Assembly: GCA_002269645.1 (NCBI GenBank) | Contig: NIVC01000175.1 | Coordinates: 620,001 to 684,000 of the forward strand | DNA: 64,000 bases | Direction: 5' to 3' | Source: Macrostomum lignano | Lineage: Eukaryota | Shown here: positions 35,041-47,808 of the stretch, piece by piece | Position numbering within the stretch: position 1 is the stretch's first letter | How the letters are laid out: each line of letters begins with the position of its first letter | Program-made: the position numbers and the translations under genes | The notes under the pieces: generated by a model | The model's database searches: none | Seen by the model: the letters and a program-made list of their open reading frames with translations, nothing else | Told to the model about the DNA's origin: nothing

Positions 35041-36777
35041 ATGTCAGACAAGAAACCAACCGCAGTCCACAAGGCAGCAATTCTGCTACCTGTTCAAGCT
35101 TGGCTGTCGAGCACATCTGCTCACGGATTGAGCCGACTCTCTGGTCAGCGACCAATCTACATCAAACTAATTTGGCTGCTGGCTTTCACCTCATTCATGA
35201 CGATCTTTGTCATCCAGGTGCAAGTCTTTGTGAAAAAGTACCATGAAAAGCCGCAGACGACTACCCTACAGGAGGACTCGGTGGAGTTCGAGTTCCCGGA
35301 CCTGGTCATCTGCAGCACGAACATTGTGTCAGGAAGTTATCCCTACATGCAGGACTCACAACAAGTGTTAGAAATCAACAGCTATGTGAATAAAACCAAG
35401 GAGATGCTCGGTGAACCTCATCGTGAAGACATGGCCCGCAGTTTTGCCCAATCCCTGACGGCGACTCTGCCTTATCGATTGCTGAGTGACAGCTTCGGTC
35501 ACAAAGCCGACCAGATGGTTATAATAAACTCAATCAACGGATTTGGCGGAGAAAGGGTTCACTTCAGCACCTTCCACAGCCCGTCAGAGCTTAACTGTGT
35601 CCGCTTCGAGCCCACAGATGAGCAGAGAGAAGCTCTGAGCATTGAGAACAACTTCTTGCACATAATCTTATTTCTCGATGCCACATTTTACAAGTTTCCA
35701 AAGACCTCAAAAATCTCCCCGGTGCCTATGAAAGATCAACCTGGTTACGATTTTCTTTCCTGGGATCTTGATGGAGGTTTGAATTTTCAGGATTCGAATG
35801 CTATAAATTTGTACTTCGCTAAACGAGGTCACTACCCGAGTCCTGACTCTGTTCTGCAGCTGAGCTCTGGAAAAGTGTACACAATTAACCTGGAGATGGA
35901 GAAGCTGACACTGTCCAAGGGGATGCAGTGCCTCCCTGATCCTGAGCCCATGAGGATTGTAAGTCCGTACAACGGGTCCGAGACGGCTTACCAGTACAGC
36001 CAGTACCTTTGCCGCTCTGAGAGAATAAACGAGTTGTTGATGGAGCAAAGCGGCTGCGTGAACCACCTGCTGCCGAGAAGCAAAAGATTCGAAAGCGCCC
36101 TCGGATGCATGAACGCTAGCTGGGTTCATGAAAGAAACTTGACGTTGGCCAAATATATTGCGCTTTTAAAGATCTTCGAATCCATCGATCAAAAGGATAT
36201 CCAACAGTACTGCAATGAGCGACGCCCCTGCAAAACTTCGAGCTACACTTATGCATATTCTTTCGGTGCCTGGCCTAGAATTTATTCGACTAATCAAGCC
36301 TCAATACTGAATAAAATCTTAGAACTGGTTAATAAATCCAATAAAAAGCATCCCGGATACGTTGACTTGGCGTCTATCCTTATGGAGATGCTAGACAACA
36401 TGACCACGGAACGCAGTCTGATCGCGAGCAACTATATGCAGGACCAGCTGATGCGAATCAAAGTCAAAGCCGGAAAATCCTTCGGGCCGACAGTCACAAT
36501 CGAGCGCAGCTACGAGTTGGCTAACCTCGTGTCGGACACTGGTGGCATTCTGGGCCTCTACATGGGCTGCTCTCTGCTGACTGTGCTGGAGGTGCTCGAG
36601 CTGCTGCACGACTGCCTGCTCGGCTGCTGTTCCGTCGGGACCGGAGCCGTGGCGCCTCGGACAGGCGACGACGAAGAGGACAAGAACGATCCGGCCGGAA
36701 GGGGGACGCGCGTCAATGCGGATTCCAGCGGCAACACTGGATGCCTTAATACTACTTTGGTCGAGCCTTTCGGTTAG
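35041..36777 (+). CDS. DEG/ENaC subunit, intronless, 578 aa (copy B)
   Basis: Same motifs as copy A (STSAHG, FPDLVIC, LVSDTGGILGLYMGCS); large blocks are near-identical at the DNA level. Confidence 0.93.
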   Translation: MSDKKPTAVHKAAILLPVQAWLSSTSAHGLSRLSGQRPIYIKLIWLLAFTSFMTIFVIQVQVFVKKYHEKPQTTTLQEDSVEFEFPDLVICSTNIVSGSYPYMQDSQQVLEINSYVNKTKEMLGEPHREDMARSFAQSLTATLPYRLLSDSFGHKADQMVIINSINGFGGERVHFSTFHSPSELNCVRFEPTDEQREALSIENNFLHIILFLDATFYKFPKTSKISPVPMKDQPGYDFLSWDLDGGLNFQDSNAINLYFAKRGHYPSPDSVLQLSSGKVYTINLEMEKLTLSKGMQCLPDPEPMRIVSPYNGSETAYQYSQYLCRSERINELLMEQSGCVNHLLPRSKRFESALGCMNASWVHERNLTLAKYIALLKIFESIDQKDIQQYCNERRPCKTSSYTYAYSFGAWPRIYSTNQASILNKILELVNKSNKKHPGYVDLASILMEMLDNMTTERSLIASNYMQDQLMRIKVKAGKSFGPTVTIERSYELANLVSDTGGILGLYMGCSLLTVLEVLELLHDCLLGCCSVGTGAVAPRTGDDEEDKNDPAGRGTRVNADSSGNTGCLNTTLVEPFG

Positions 36778-38566
36778 GACGCGTATCATAAAAGTTGTTG
36801 ACCTACTTGGAACTTGAATTTAAACGATAAATACTGACTCTTTACTTAAATATAGCTGTTAGCTACTGAACTAAAAAGGAGTCCCGTGGGTGTTTTGGGC
36901 CCTGTTGAAGATTAAAGCGACAATCGCACGATGACAACCTTTGACAAGAATGTGCGCACGAGCCTCAATACGAGCTATAGATACTAGTTGGATGCGTTAC
37001 CGATGCTACTCACCTTGTTATTCCTTTTTATTCTATCTATTAGTAACGAAAAAATCTCAGTTTAAAACTTTATAATCTGGCACATTTTACAGTTTTATTC
37101 TAAATCTTGCTGATATATTTCACTCGCTGTGTCGCGCACTCTTGAATACGCAGGTAAATTAACTCACGGGGTATCATTAACAATCAATATTTTAGTTGTG
37201 TACTCGTAGAAAAAGCAAAACTGTTTGTTTTAATGGCTAATCTAATTTTCAAATCCCAAGTCTTTTCAAGTCTGACTCAGGAAATTTCCTGTGCAGAAAA
37301 CAAGAAGTCAAAAAGGAAATCTCAAGGATCTTTTTTAGGACGCTGAAATGCGCAATTTTTATCAGCTATCAGCACTGGCAGCACGACTCCGAAAAATTTC
37401 AAAGATCAGACAGTCATTCGGTTGTTAGGCGAATTTCGCGAATTCAGCCTCAGATAAAACATGTTAATCATCTACTTGCAACTGCTTATTTTCCATTAGG
37501 AAAATTTGCATAGGCACAAGTATTTACTGATTCCAAATAATGGTTAAATGAACCGGCCAAGGTAGATGGCTAAATGACGGATATAATTGATTCAAATTTT
37601 GCATCAATGCGTGTCAGTCACTTCAGCTGTGGTGCTGCATCCAATGTTTGCATCAGACTGACCTGCTCGCTTCTGTGTTACAGTGTAGGTCACAGTCGCA
37701 GATCCAGCCTCTTATATTTGCAGGGCGTTAGATAAATACGAATTTGGGCCTACATTGACTCATTTGCTGTATTAATTAACTTCATATTAATTGATTAGCT
37801 ACAGAAATTAAGGGACTATTATTGCCAGACTGACCAACATTGTATTATTGTATATAGATCAGCTCTGGCTCAGCTCTGGAAAAGGCTTAGTCCAGTATAA
37901 ATCAGCGAGGCGGTCTTAAACTCAAGCAAGAACGCTGCCGTCGATGACAGCTGGACGGTTTTGAGGCCACTTGAACTACACCCAGGGGAGTGGCAGGATG
38001 TTTCTTAGCCAAGACTTCAGCTGCAGCCTGTGCGTTGCCAGAGCAAACAACCGACAAGGAACAAAAAGAATACAAACAATGTTTAAAAACAAGAACGACT
38101 AAGTGTGCTTCTAAGGTGACTTTGGTTAAAAAGTGAGAGAAATGACTGTTTCTTGGTTAATTTTTTTCACCTATGCTACACTGATAAAATTAAGTTGTCA
38201 AGCTTACAATTATTTACAGTTAATTGTTTGACACGCACTAAATAAAGAGCATGCTTAATTATAAGTCGTATATTAAATTTAATAACATGCATGTTACCGA
38301 GTGAAATAAACTGAACCGTAGCTGAAAATTGAGTAAAACAGAGTGACTGTAGTAAAGAAAAAATGCTTCCGTTATAATAGCAACATATCAATGCAATCAA
38401 GCAACGATAATAACCTGCTAGACACAAAATCCCATTTAGCACCAATAATCCTCTCTAGAGAATAGTTTAAATTAATAAAGAAATACAGCTGACGTTTGTT
38501 TGATGCTTCAGTGATGGGATCTGTCAGATCGGTCATTTGAGGACAGACGTATCAAACCAACTCTGT

Positions 38567-40687
38567 TCACTCCGGATCGCTCTCGTACTGATGCATCTGC
38601 TTGTAGATATCCTTCAACAGCAGAACCGCTTTCTTCCGGGGCAATGGACGGACGCCGTATTTTCGCAACGACTCGGCCAGTTCAGGTGTGCTTGACGCTT
38701 CGTAGTCGCGCATCGGCGTAAACGGTGAAGGCGAACGTTGTTGGCGACGGTTGCCCCGACTTGCGCCTGCTCCACCGCCACCGCCTCCACCGCCTCGAAT
38801 GGTTTTAAATCGAAAGCGTTGCTGCTTCTGCTGCTGCTGCTGCGGTTGCGTCTCTTGATTATTATCTATGCGCTGCGTCGCATAGGATACTGGCAATATA
38901 CGCGGCGTCGTTGGCAACGGTTGCGACGAGATCCGACGAAATTGAACAGTTGGCGAAGATACCGATTTGACTTTGGTGGAATTTTTCAATTCACTGGGAG
39001 TCAAAGGAACGGGTGTCGGTGGGTTAGGTGACACGGGATCTGTGGTGAGAGGCGCGGTTGTCAAAGGCGGTGTTGAAGGATCAGTAGCTAAGGGCGCGGA
39101 TGTAAAAGTCAGAGAATCAGACTTTTTCTGTTCAGGCGTCAAAGACGCCGGTATCAACGGATCAGAAACTGGAGGCGCAGGCGTCGGAGGCTGATCAAAA
39201 AAGGACGCCTCGCAAAGGTGATCGCAGGCTGGAACAGAAATCGCTGACAAATTGTTGAAACTGGATCCACAATCAACTTGTTCCTCGGCAACGCAGTCGT
39301 CAATGCCATCGGAATTCTGTTGCTGATTTTCATAATCTTCATCGTCATCGGAAGCGGCAAACAGATCGCAGCAGCTACTGTTATTGGCATCGGATTTTAT
39401 TGTCGGTTCAATCTGGGCATCATCGACTGCAGTTGGAACTTCTTTTATAACTGGTTGGCTAGAGACATTGTCGTTTACAACATCGTCAGCATTACTAACC
39501 GGCAACCAGCCGTAAGTCTCTTCCATAATCAAAGAATTTTCGAGTTTACGCCGCTTTTCCGAGTTCGATAGTGCTACATCAGCGTCTTCATCATCATTGA
39601 TAGACTCTGAACGACGCTTTTTTGAGATTATGGTTGCATCGACAATAGGACTATCGGAACGCCACGAGGACAGAAGCTGCTTAGCCGCATCGGAAAGTGG
39701 CTCTTCGCCGCCGGAATACAAGAAGTTCAACGAAGAAATCAGATCATCTTTACTGATACCTGTCAAAGGAATTCGACCTTCAGCATCCGTGCTTTGATCT
39801 AATCGTTGCAAGCATGACAAAGGACAACGAGCGGCAAAGACGAATCGATGCGCTGGAATGATACAGCCATCTGATGATTCGATTAGAAAATGCAAATCCG
39901 CGCACAGTTCGTTACCGACCATCGATTGGAAATCGGACAAAGCTTTATCGATTGTTGGCGCCGTTTCTGAAGTAGCAGTAACAGCTACAGTTTGCGATTG
40001 GTTGGAAAGTTTTACTGGACTCTCCTCAGTAGAGGGTGTAGGCTTATCGACAGATTCAACCGTATCTACTGGAACGGCAGCTACAGATTCTGTCTTCAAC
40101 GAATCATCTTCCGCTGCCATACAGACCACGCCGGGCAGCAACTCCAACAGATCCGGTACAAGATAGCGCAATCGCGGCTGCATTTCAATCGAAGTCAAAC
40201 GCCACAGATCGCTGCGAACTGTGCCGCTAGCAACTTGAGCCGGCGCATCCGATGCTGGTCGGAGAATTTCTGCAACAGCGGCTAGAAGTCGTTCCCGTCG
40301 AGCCTCCGGAGTGATTCGGAACACGGACGGCACCGAGGCAACAGCTCGTCGGGTTTCTTCGGCTTCTTTCGCCGCAACTTTACGAGCAGCTTCGGCGCTA
40401 CGCGACAAAGCCAAAGCCGTTTGAAGATCTTCGTCTGCTGCTCGCCGAAGCAACGACTTCAACGACGGCTCTGGTCGTTGACGATTATCCGAGCTATCTA
40501 TCAAACGCTTCGATTGACGTCGATTCGACGATTCATTGTTAGATTTCTTAGCGCACCTGGCCAGGTGTTGATCTCGACGAGCTTCCGTCCAGGTGGACAA
40601 CAAGCGACCGCAAGTTGGACAGCGACCGTCGGCTGTGAGAGGGTCGGCGACGGGGTTGGCCGCTTCAACTGGGAGCTCCGTTTCAGG
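38567..40687 (-). CDS. SLX4: SLX4 / BTBD12 structure-specific endonuclease scaffold (large exon; start not contained in this exon)
   Basis: UBZ finger CPTC...HLARC, MLR-like DEDLQTALALSRS, BTB domain (DLHF...PAHRFVFAARCP), SAP-like TPMRDY...TPELAESLRKYGVRPLPRKKAVLLLKDIY. Acceptor ttcag at 40688-40689, phase 0. Confidence 0.85.
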   Translation of the reverse strand, partial: PETELPVEAANPVADPLTADGRCPTCGRLLSTWTEARRDQHLARCAKKSNNESSNRRQSKRLIDSSDNRQRPEPSLKSLLRRAADEDLQTALALSRSAEAARKVAAKEAEETRRAVASVPSVFRITPEARRERLLAAVAEILRPASDAPAQVASGTVRSDLWRLTSIEMQPRLRYLVPDLLELLPGVVCMAAEDDSLKTESVAAVPVDTVESVDKPTPSTEESPVKLSNQSQTVAVTATSETAPTIDKALSDFQSMVGNELCADLHFLIESSDGCIIPAHRFVFAARCPLSCLQRLDQSTDAEGRIPLTGISKDDLISSLNFLYSGGEEPLSDAAKQLLSSWRSDSPIVDATIISKKRRSESINDDEDADVALSNSEKRRKLENSLIMEETYGWLPVSNADDVVNDNVSSQPVIKEVPTAVDDAQIEPTIKSDANNSSCCDLFAASDDDEDYENQQQNSDGIDDCVAEEQVDCGSSFNNLSAISVPACDHLCEASFFDQPPTPAPPVSDPLIPASLTPEQKKSDSLTFTSAPLATDPSTPPLTTAPLTTDPVSPNPPTPVPLTPSELKNSTKVKSVSSPTVQFRRISSQPLPTTPRILPVSYATQRIDNNQETQPQQQQQKQQRFRFKTIRGGGGGGGGAGASRGNRRQQRSPSPFTPMRDYEASSTPELAESLRKYGVRPLPRKKAVLLLKDIYKQMHQYESDPE

Positions 40688-40914
40688 CTGAAGTGATGCG
40701 TATTGTTACATGACCAATTACTGAATGCATAAATGGTTTGAAATTGCATGCACATATTAAAAGCCTAACACTAATGAGCACATTCACTATATAAGTGAAT
40801 TCTTGTTTGCAGTCCTCGACTTGCAATACTACATGCACAAGTTTGTTAATAACTATTGGTGTAGTTCGGATGTAAAAAGCCTGACTATATGCAAGAATAA
40901 TGAAGGATGGTTCA

Positions 40915-41432
40915 GTCTGAGGATCTGGGAGGCTGGCCCAGCAACTGAGGATCTGGGAGGCTGGCCCAGCAACTGAGGATCTGGGAGGCTGGCCCAGCAA
41001 CTGAGGATCTGGGAGGCTGGCCCAGCAACTGAGGATCTGGGAGGCTGGCCCAGCAACTGAGGATCTGGGAGGCTGGCCCAGCAACTGAAGATCTGGGAGG
41101 CTGGCCCAGCAACTGGGGATCTGGGAGGCTGGCATAGCAACTGAGGATCTGGGAGGCTGGCCCAGCAACTGAGGATCTGGGAGGCGGAGCAGAAACTGAG
41201 GATCTGGGAGGCTGGCCCAGCAACTGAGGATCTGGGAGGCTGGCCCAGCAACTGGGGATCTGGGAGGCTGGCCCAGCAACTGGGGATCTGGGAGGCTGGC
41301 CCAGCAGCTGAGGATCTGGGAGGCTGGCACAGCAACTGGGGATCTGGGAGGCTGGCCCAGCAACTGGGGATCTGGGAGGTGGATGGTCCAGCAACTGAGG
41401 ATCTGGGAGGCTGGTCCAGCAACTGAGGATCT
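40915..41432. repeat. 28-bp minisatellite (GGATCTGGGAGGCTGGCCCAGCAACTGA)n between NSUN6 and SLX4
   Basis: Tandem units, same family as 42745-43270 and 44995-45280. Confidence 0.95.
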
Positions 41433-41604
41433 AAGAGGCCGTATAAACATAAAGTAAAAATAATTAACAAGCAGACTCTGTTAAAAAGATTGGCTCAGTT
41501 GTAACAATTTCTGTAATTGGCATTGTTTCAAATGCAATGAAATCATATTGAAAAGCAAAAACAAAGTGAGAATAATAATGACACAATCCATCATAATAAA
41601 TCAG

Positions 41605-44600
41605 TCAGGCAACAACAAATTTAGCCACAAAGAAGCCAATAGTGTCATAGTTGCAAGCATTAGTAACGTCGCTAGCCTCGTATGGCTCTTCCGGATCGAA
41701 TTTCTGCACCAAACCGACACTTCCGTCCGGTTGGTTGATACCAAAAGGCCGCAGGTTGGGAGTCTGTTCCACTAGTTTAAGGTTAGGCCAGTTTATCTGC
41801 AGAGCAAGGCTGACCTGCCGTTCGTTTTCTTCTGGTCTTGTTGTGCATGTGCTGTAGACAAGGAACCCGCCAGGCTTAACCAATTTAATGGCCTAAAAAT
41901 TGGCAATACACAAATTAATAATAATAATCGATTACACCTGTTTTAATAGGCAGATATGCAACCGACAGCTTAGCCGCAGCTATTGCGCGGCGCATCTGAA
42001 GGCTGCGTACGGCTGTTCAGTCCAAGGACTGCTGGCACCCATTTTACAGCTGGGTGAACTGAAGCAATCCAGAGTCAAGTGTTTTGCTCAAGTCTACAAA
42101 CTGTTCCAGTGGAATCGGGAATCGAACCCCCGACCTTCGAGTCGTGAGTCCGACGCTCTAACCACAGGGCTACAACCCCCTAATAATGCAAATCTCGCAG
42201 GCAAATATTAATCAAATTATATTATTAATTTACCTCACGAAACAATCGACTCTGTATTTGAGCATACGAACTCAACTGAGATGCAGTTTTGCTCAACTGA
42301 CTACTACTGTCTGATGACGTGAGTAGTCTAGGCCGCTGTCCCAGAGCGCTGCAGGGTGCATCCAGGAGAACACGATCAAACTGTTTAGGACGATACGGCG
42401 GCTTACTGTCAGGCTCGCCAGCGTCTGTCAAAAAAATGATAGTAAATTTTCATCTGCTAATATTGCTACTGACAGTAGCACACAGCTTGGACATGAAAAT
42501 CTAAATCAATATTTCAAAGCCAAACACAGACCTGTTCCGTTATCATCGCACAGTCGACAAGCATCAAAACAATGAATTCGAAGAAAATTTTCGGTGTCAA
42601 TAACCAATTTGACAGCTTGTTCAGCAACTGTGTTTAACCGCTTTGCAGACTTGTCAATGGCGATTAGAGTGCCCTGTGGGAGATCAGGATTCTGTTAGCT
42701 CACAGAAGACTGGGCTAAATTGGGCAAGTGGCGGTGGCACAGCAACTGGGGATCTGGGAGGCTGGTGGCCCAGCAACTGGGGATCTGGGAGGCTGTCCCA
42801 GCAGCTGAGGATCTGGGAGGCTGGCCCAGCAACTGAAGATCTGGGAGGCTGGCCCAGCAACTGAGGATCTGGGAGGCTGGCCCAGCAACTGAGGATCTGG
42901 GAGGCTGGCACAGCAACTGAAGATCTGGGAGGCTGTCCCAGCAGCTGAGGATCTGGGAGGCTGGCCCAGCAACTGAAGATCTGGGAGGCTGGCCCAGCAA
43001 CTGAGGATCTGGGAGGCTGGCCCAGCAACTGAGGATCTGGGAGGCTGGCCCAGCAACTGAAGATCTGGGAGGCTGGCCCAGCAACTGAGGATCTGGGAGG
43101 CTGGCACAGCAACTGAAGATCTGGGAGGCTGGTACAGCAACTGAGGATCTGGGAGGCTGGCGACACAGCAACTGAGGATCTGGGAGGCTGGCGACACAGC
43201 AACTGAAGATCTGGGAGGCTGGCGACACAGCAACTGAAGATCTGGGAGGCTGGCCCAGCAACTGACACTCTGGAAGGCTGGTGGCCAAACAACTAGGGAC
43301 CAATAAAATAAATAAATAAGTATATAAATTCACTGATAATGAATGAAGTATGGCACTCAACCTATACAGCTTATAACTACAAACCTGCAACTGCATAAGG
43401 TCAGCCAGGTGCAGACATTTTCCGCCGGGAGCACAGCACATGTCTAGCACTGTCTGCCCAGGCTGCGCGTCCAATACTCGAGCGCACACCAACGAAGGCA
43501 GATTCTGGGCAACCAGATTGCCGGACTGGAACAGGCAGGACTGAAAGCTGGGACACACGACTAAGGGTTGCGTCATGCGGACCGCTACACCACTGCGGGA
43601 ACATTAAGAAGATTAACAATGCCCCTTTAATTATCGCCAAATACACATCAATGCAGTGTTACAACCTAAACAACAGAATCTACCACTACAGTCTACAAAA
43701 TATCTACCCTAAAAACTATACTACAGGCTACCCCGAAACCTACCACTACAATCTACCCCAATACCTACCACTAAAATCTACCCCAAAACCTACCACTACA
43801 TTCTACTCCAATATCTACAACTACAATCTACCCCAATACCTACCACTAAAATCTACCCCAAAACCTACCACTACATTCTACTCCAATACCTACAACTGCA
43901 ATCTACCCCAATACCTACCACTAAAATCTACCCCAAAACCTACCACTACATTCTACTCCAATACCTACAACTGCAATCTACCCCAATACCTACCACTAAA
44001 ATCTACCTCAAAATCTACCACTAAAATCTACCCCAAAACCTACCACTACATTCTACTCCAATATCTACAACTACAATCTACCCCAAAACCTACCACTACA
44101 TTCTACTCCAATATCTACAACTACAATCTACCCCAAAACCTACCACTACATTCTACTCCAATACCTACAACTGCAATCTACCCCAATACCTACCACTAAA
44201 ATCTACCTCAAAATCTACCACTAAAATCTACCCCAAAACCTACCACTACATTCTACTCCAATATCTACAACTACAATCTACCCCAAAACCTACCACTACA
44301 TTCTACTCCAATATCTACAACTACAATCTACCCCAAAACCTACCATTACAATCTACCCCAATATCTACCACTACAATCTACCCCAATATCAATCACTACA
44401 ATCTACCCCAATATCTACCACAACAATCTACTCCAATATCAAGTACTAGTATCTACCTAAATCTCTACTATAGGTATCTACCTGAGAAACCAATCTACCA
44501 CCTAGAATATCGAAAGTCAGTTTAATTATATGAATTTATGAAAGAAGCAGCTATAAAATTTACATTTAATGCATTCAATAAAAATAAAAGAATCATTTCC

Positions 44601-45629
44601 AAACCTATTCGCATGAATATCTCCAAGCAGCTGCTTCCGCTCCATCACCAGGAGTCCATTGCCAAGAAATCTAGTAGCTCCTGTGTAGGCTTTAGTGAAC
44701 CCTGCATTGAATTTTTCTAAACAGGCGTAGACAGACACTGGGCAGTCTTTGCTGGCACCTGGAGATCAGAATTATTGTAACTCAATGAGTAAAAAACAAA
44801 TTGTAATAAAAATGTATGCCAACACTGCCACATCATGGAACAGAATTCGAACCTGGCTCAATCCCAATCACTCCGCCGGCAAAAATATCGGATCCGCGAA
44901 GAACCGCGACTCCGCACAGAGAATCAACGTACAAGCGGGGGTGCGTCTGAGGTAGCTGAAATGGAAAACGCGCGCAAAAGTGCATTTTTAAGAGGCTGGT
45001 CTAGTAACTGAGGATCTGGGAGGCTGGCTTAGCAACTGAGGATCTGGGAGGCTGGCTTAGCAACTGAGGATCTGGGAGGCTGGCTTAGCAACTGAGGATC
45101 TGGGAGGCTGGCACAGCAACTGAGGATCTGGGAGGCTGGCCCAGCAACTGAGGATCTGGGAGGCTGGCCCAGCAACTGACGATCTAGGAGGCTGGCCTAG
45201 CAACTGAGGATCTGGGAGGCTGGCCCAGCAACTGAGGATCTGGGAGGCTGGCCCAGCAATTGGGGATCTGGAAGGATGGCATGGCAGTGTGCATAAAACT
45301 CTTCAAAAAAAGAAATAACATACACTTTTTTCTGCAACCAGGATATTTTCTATAATTATCGCATCTGGCAAACTTTTGTGAAGAAAAATTCTTGGAGACA
45401 CCGATGTTGCACCTTTTGATTTGTATTCCTAATAATGAGGTGCAGTTATACAGAACAGACATTCTGTTAAAAGTTTCAAGTGATTAATAAATGTTTCTTA
45501 AATAAACAAAACTTTAATTACCTCCTCTAGTGCTGATTTTAGCTGCAAAATAGTTTCTTCATATGACTTGCCTCTAAATCTTACAGAGGTAAAGCGGACA
45601 TAGTCCATGTCTTCCGGCTTTGGTGTCAT
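41605..45629 (-). CDS. NSUN6: NSUN6-type tRNA m5C methyltransferase with PUA domain, complement(join(41605..41892,42234..42424,42532..42691,43385..43592,44605..44758,44853..44955,45324..45428,45522..45629)), 438 aa
   Basis: PUA-like CGVAVLRGSDIFAGGV, QNLPSLVCARVLDAQPGQTVLDMCCAPGGK, FDRVLLDAPCS, VYSTCT and DTIGFFVAKF. Phases are consistent and the 1317-nt total is divisible by 3. Confidence 0.92.
41913..42180 (-). mobile_element. tRNA-derived SINE, copy 2 (in the last NSUN6 intron)
   Basis: Same head, central domain and tail as 32005-32315, without a ~40-bp insertion present in copy 1. Confidence 0.8.
42745..43270. repeat. 28-bp minisatellite (NSUN6 family) in NSUN6 intron
   Basis: Tandem units. 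Confidence 0.95.
43660..44480. repeat. CTAC-rich compound minisatellite with higher-order duplication, in NSUN6 intron
   Basis: Units such as ctaccccaaaacctaccactacattctactccaata recur. Confidence 0.9.
44995..45280. repeat. 28-bp minisatellite (NSUN6 family) in NSUN6 intron 2; contains an orientation-conserved degenerate boundary
   Basis: Tandem units. Confidence 0.93.
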
Positions 45630-47604
45630 AATGTCAGTGCATCAATAATAGAAGTTGTAAACTATACCGGTATATAACTATTTTCCATATAAATTGAAAA
45701 TTGATTTAGTCACTCTTCAAGCGTCACTTTATAAAACTGTGAGTTTAAACAGAGCATAAACAAGAACTTGTCAAAAAATAAAATGAAAAAATATTTAGGA
45801 CAACCTAAATCTATTTTGACAAATTAAACAATTATCAAATAGATACTGTGTCAACAAAATTCACCACACATTGCATATGGAGTACAAAATATCTATTGTT
45901 TGAATCTCTAACCCTGAAAACTTAGAGTTTCCTTCAAAAGCTTTAAAACTGAAACATTTATTCATTTTAACTGTTATACTCCTTTCTCACTTTTTAAATC
46001 AAGAGCTTTAATGATATATTAAATTTTTTTGGTCCCAATTGTTGAGTGGTCAATTTCACTAGATATAGGCAATATAAACATATAGCAAGGATTAATAGTG
46101 AATGTATTATAGTAAGTTTTCAAGAAATATTCTAGAAGTGTTTTTTGAGTTAATTATTTGCAGAGTAGAGTGAAATAGACTGAATCATATACAGTATATA
46201 CTACTGCAAGGTAAAGTAGTAGAAGGAAACAAAGTAGATCCTAAATCAATACATACAAGAATAACTGGAGGCTGTGACCCTCTGATCTTAATAACACCCA
46301 AGATTGGAAATACATGCAATATATTTACCAGTAAACCAATATACTGCTTAGGCCAAATTTTTAGAATACTACCAAGATAACAGTAAATGCTACCAGAATA
46401 ACAAAAGAACAATACTTGTGCGGGTTAAATAGTACTCTAAGAATAATTCATAAATAAATATTTAGACTTATTCTAAGACTAAACTTTTATTTATTAATAG
46501 TAATAGTCTTGGTGGCAGCTACTAGCATTAGAACATTTAATATAGAAAGAAGTATAGCCCTAATATAACTCAGTAACATCTTTAGGATAATTCATAAAGA
46601 CAGAGGACTCACCTAACCCCTAGTACACTAGCAAGCTAAAAAGAGATACAGATGCAGAAAGGTGCAACATGGTATGGTGCAATTAGTATTAAGCCAATTA
46701 ATTTTTAATTTAATGGATATGCATCCAATGCACTTAAGCTTAAGCTATGTACCTATGGCTATATGTTGCATATGCCTTTTATGCAATAACTTGTTAAATG
46801 ACTAGCTAGATAAAACAAAGTATTTATATATTTAGACTAGTCTAGACTTAATTTAGCCATTTAGACCTAAGCTAAGACTTCTGCTTAGTGTAATAGTAGC
46901 TAATTTATTGTTTATCAATAACTTTAAATATAGCTATAGGTCAATTCAATATAATTAGCCATATTAGACCTTATGTCCCTACCTAAGGTCCTTGGCCATA
47001 CTTACTTTAGAAGGTATACATCATGCCAGAAAATTATGGCATGTATTTGGTTTGGCCTAAAAATTGTATCATGTACTGCTATTACTGTGTTTTTGGATAT
47101 TATATACCAAAGATTTATATTCAATATATTGGTGTGCTATGGTATAGAATAGCTTGATTTAATATTGTAAAATGTGGCGTGGCATGATGATGGGGCATGT
47201 TTTGTTGAGATAAAAGTTTGTTAAAAGACATGGTTTGATAAAGAAAAAAACTATAATTATTTTTATTGAAAAATGACAAATAAATTTTAATGTGCAAAAA
47301 AAGAAACATAGGCCTAGTATAGGCCCTATTGTCATGCTAAAACAATTATAAAATACTTGAAAGCTTAGTTTTTTCAGAAGTGCAATTTTTAAACATAAAA
47401 AGTTATATTTTTTTAATATCTATTTGTTTGTTTTGCACATGTGCAACTAGGGGGCCTATCAAAAAAGGTCCTTTATAGTTAGAACCAAAAAAGGCATTTG
47501 TTTTGCAACTGCTAAAAAGTAAGCTGGCATTGGCATATATTTTCTTGGTACTGGCATGCATTGGTTCAGAGCATTCTGGCATACATTCAACATGATCTAG
47601 ACTA

Positions 47605-47771
47605 CAGGGGTATAGCTAGGCCTAGGAATTTCCTATGGGGGATACACCAAGGTAAAAGTGCTATGACAGAGTCACATGGTAGCATGTATAGCAACAAAGG
47701 GCAACAAAAAAGTTGTAGTCAGGCTCTTTAGGGGGATACACCCCCCTTATCCTACCCTCCCTATACCCCTG
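47605..47771. mobile_element. hAT-type MITE, TIR CAGGGGTATAG, 8-bp TSD CTAGACTA
   Basis: TSD at 47597-47604 and 47772-47779; perfect 11-bp TIR. Confidence 0.8.
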
Positions 47772-47808
47772 CTAGACTATAGGTCCTAGATAGCATAGTA
47801 GGCCTACC

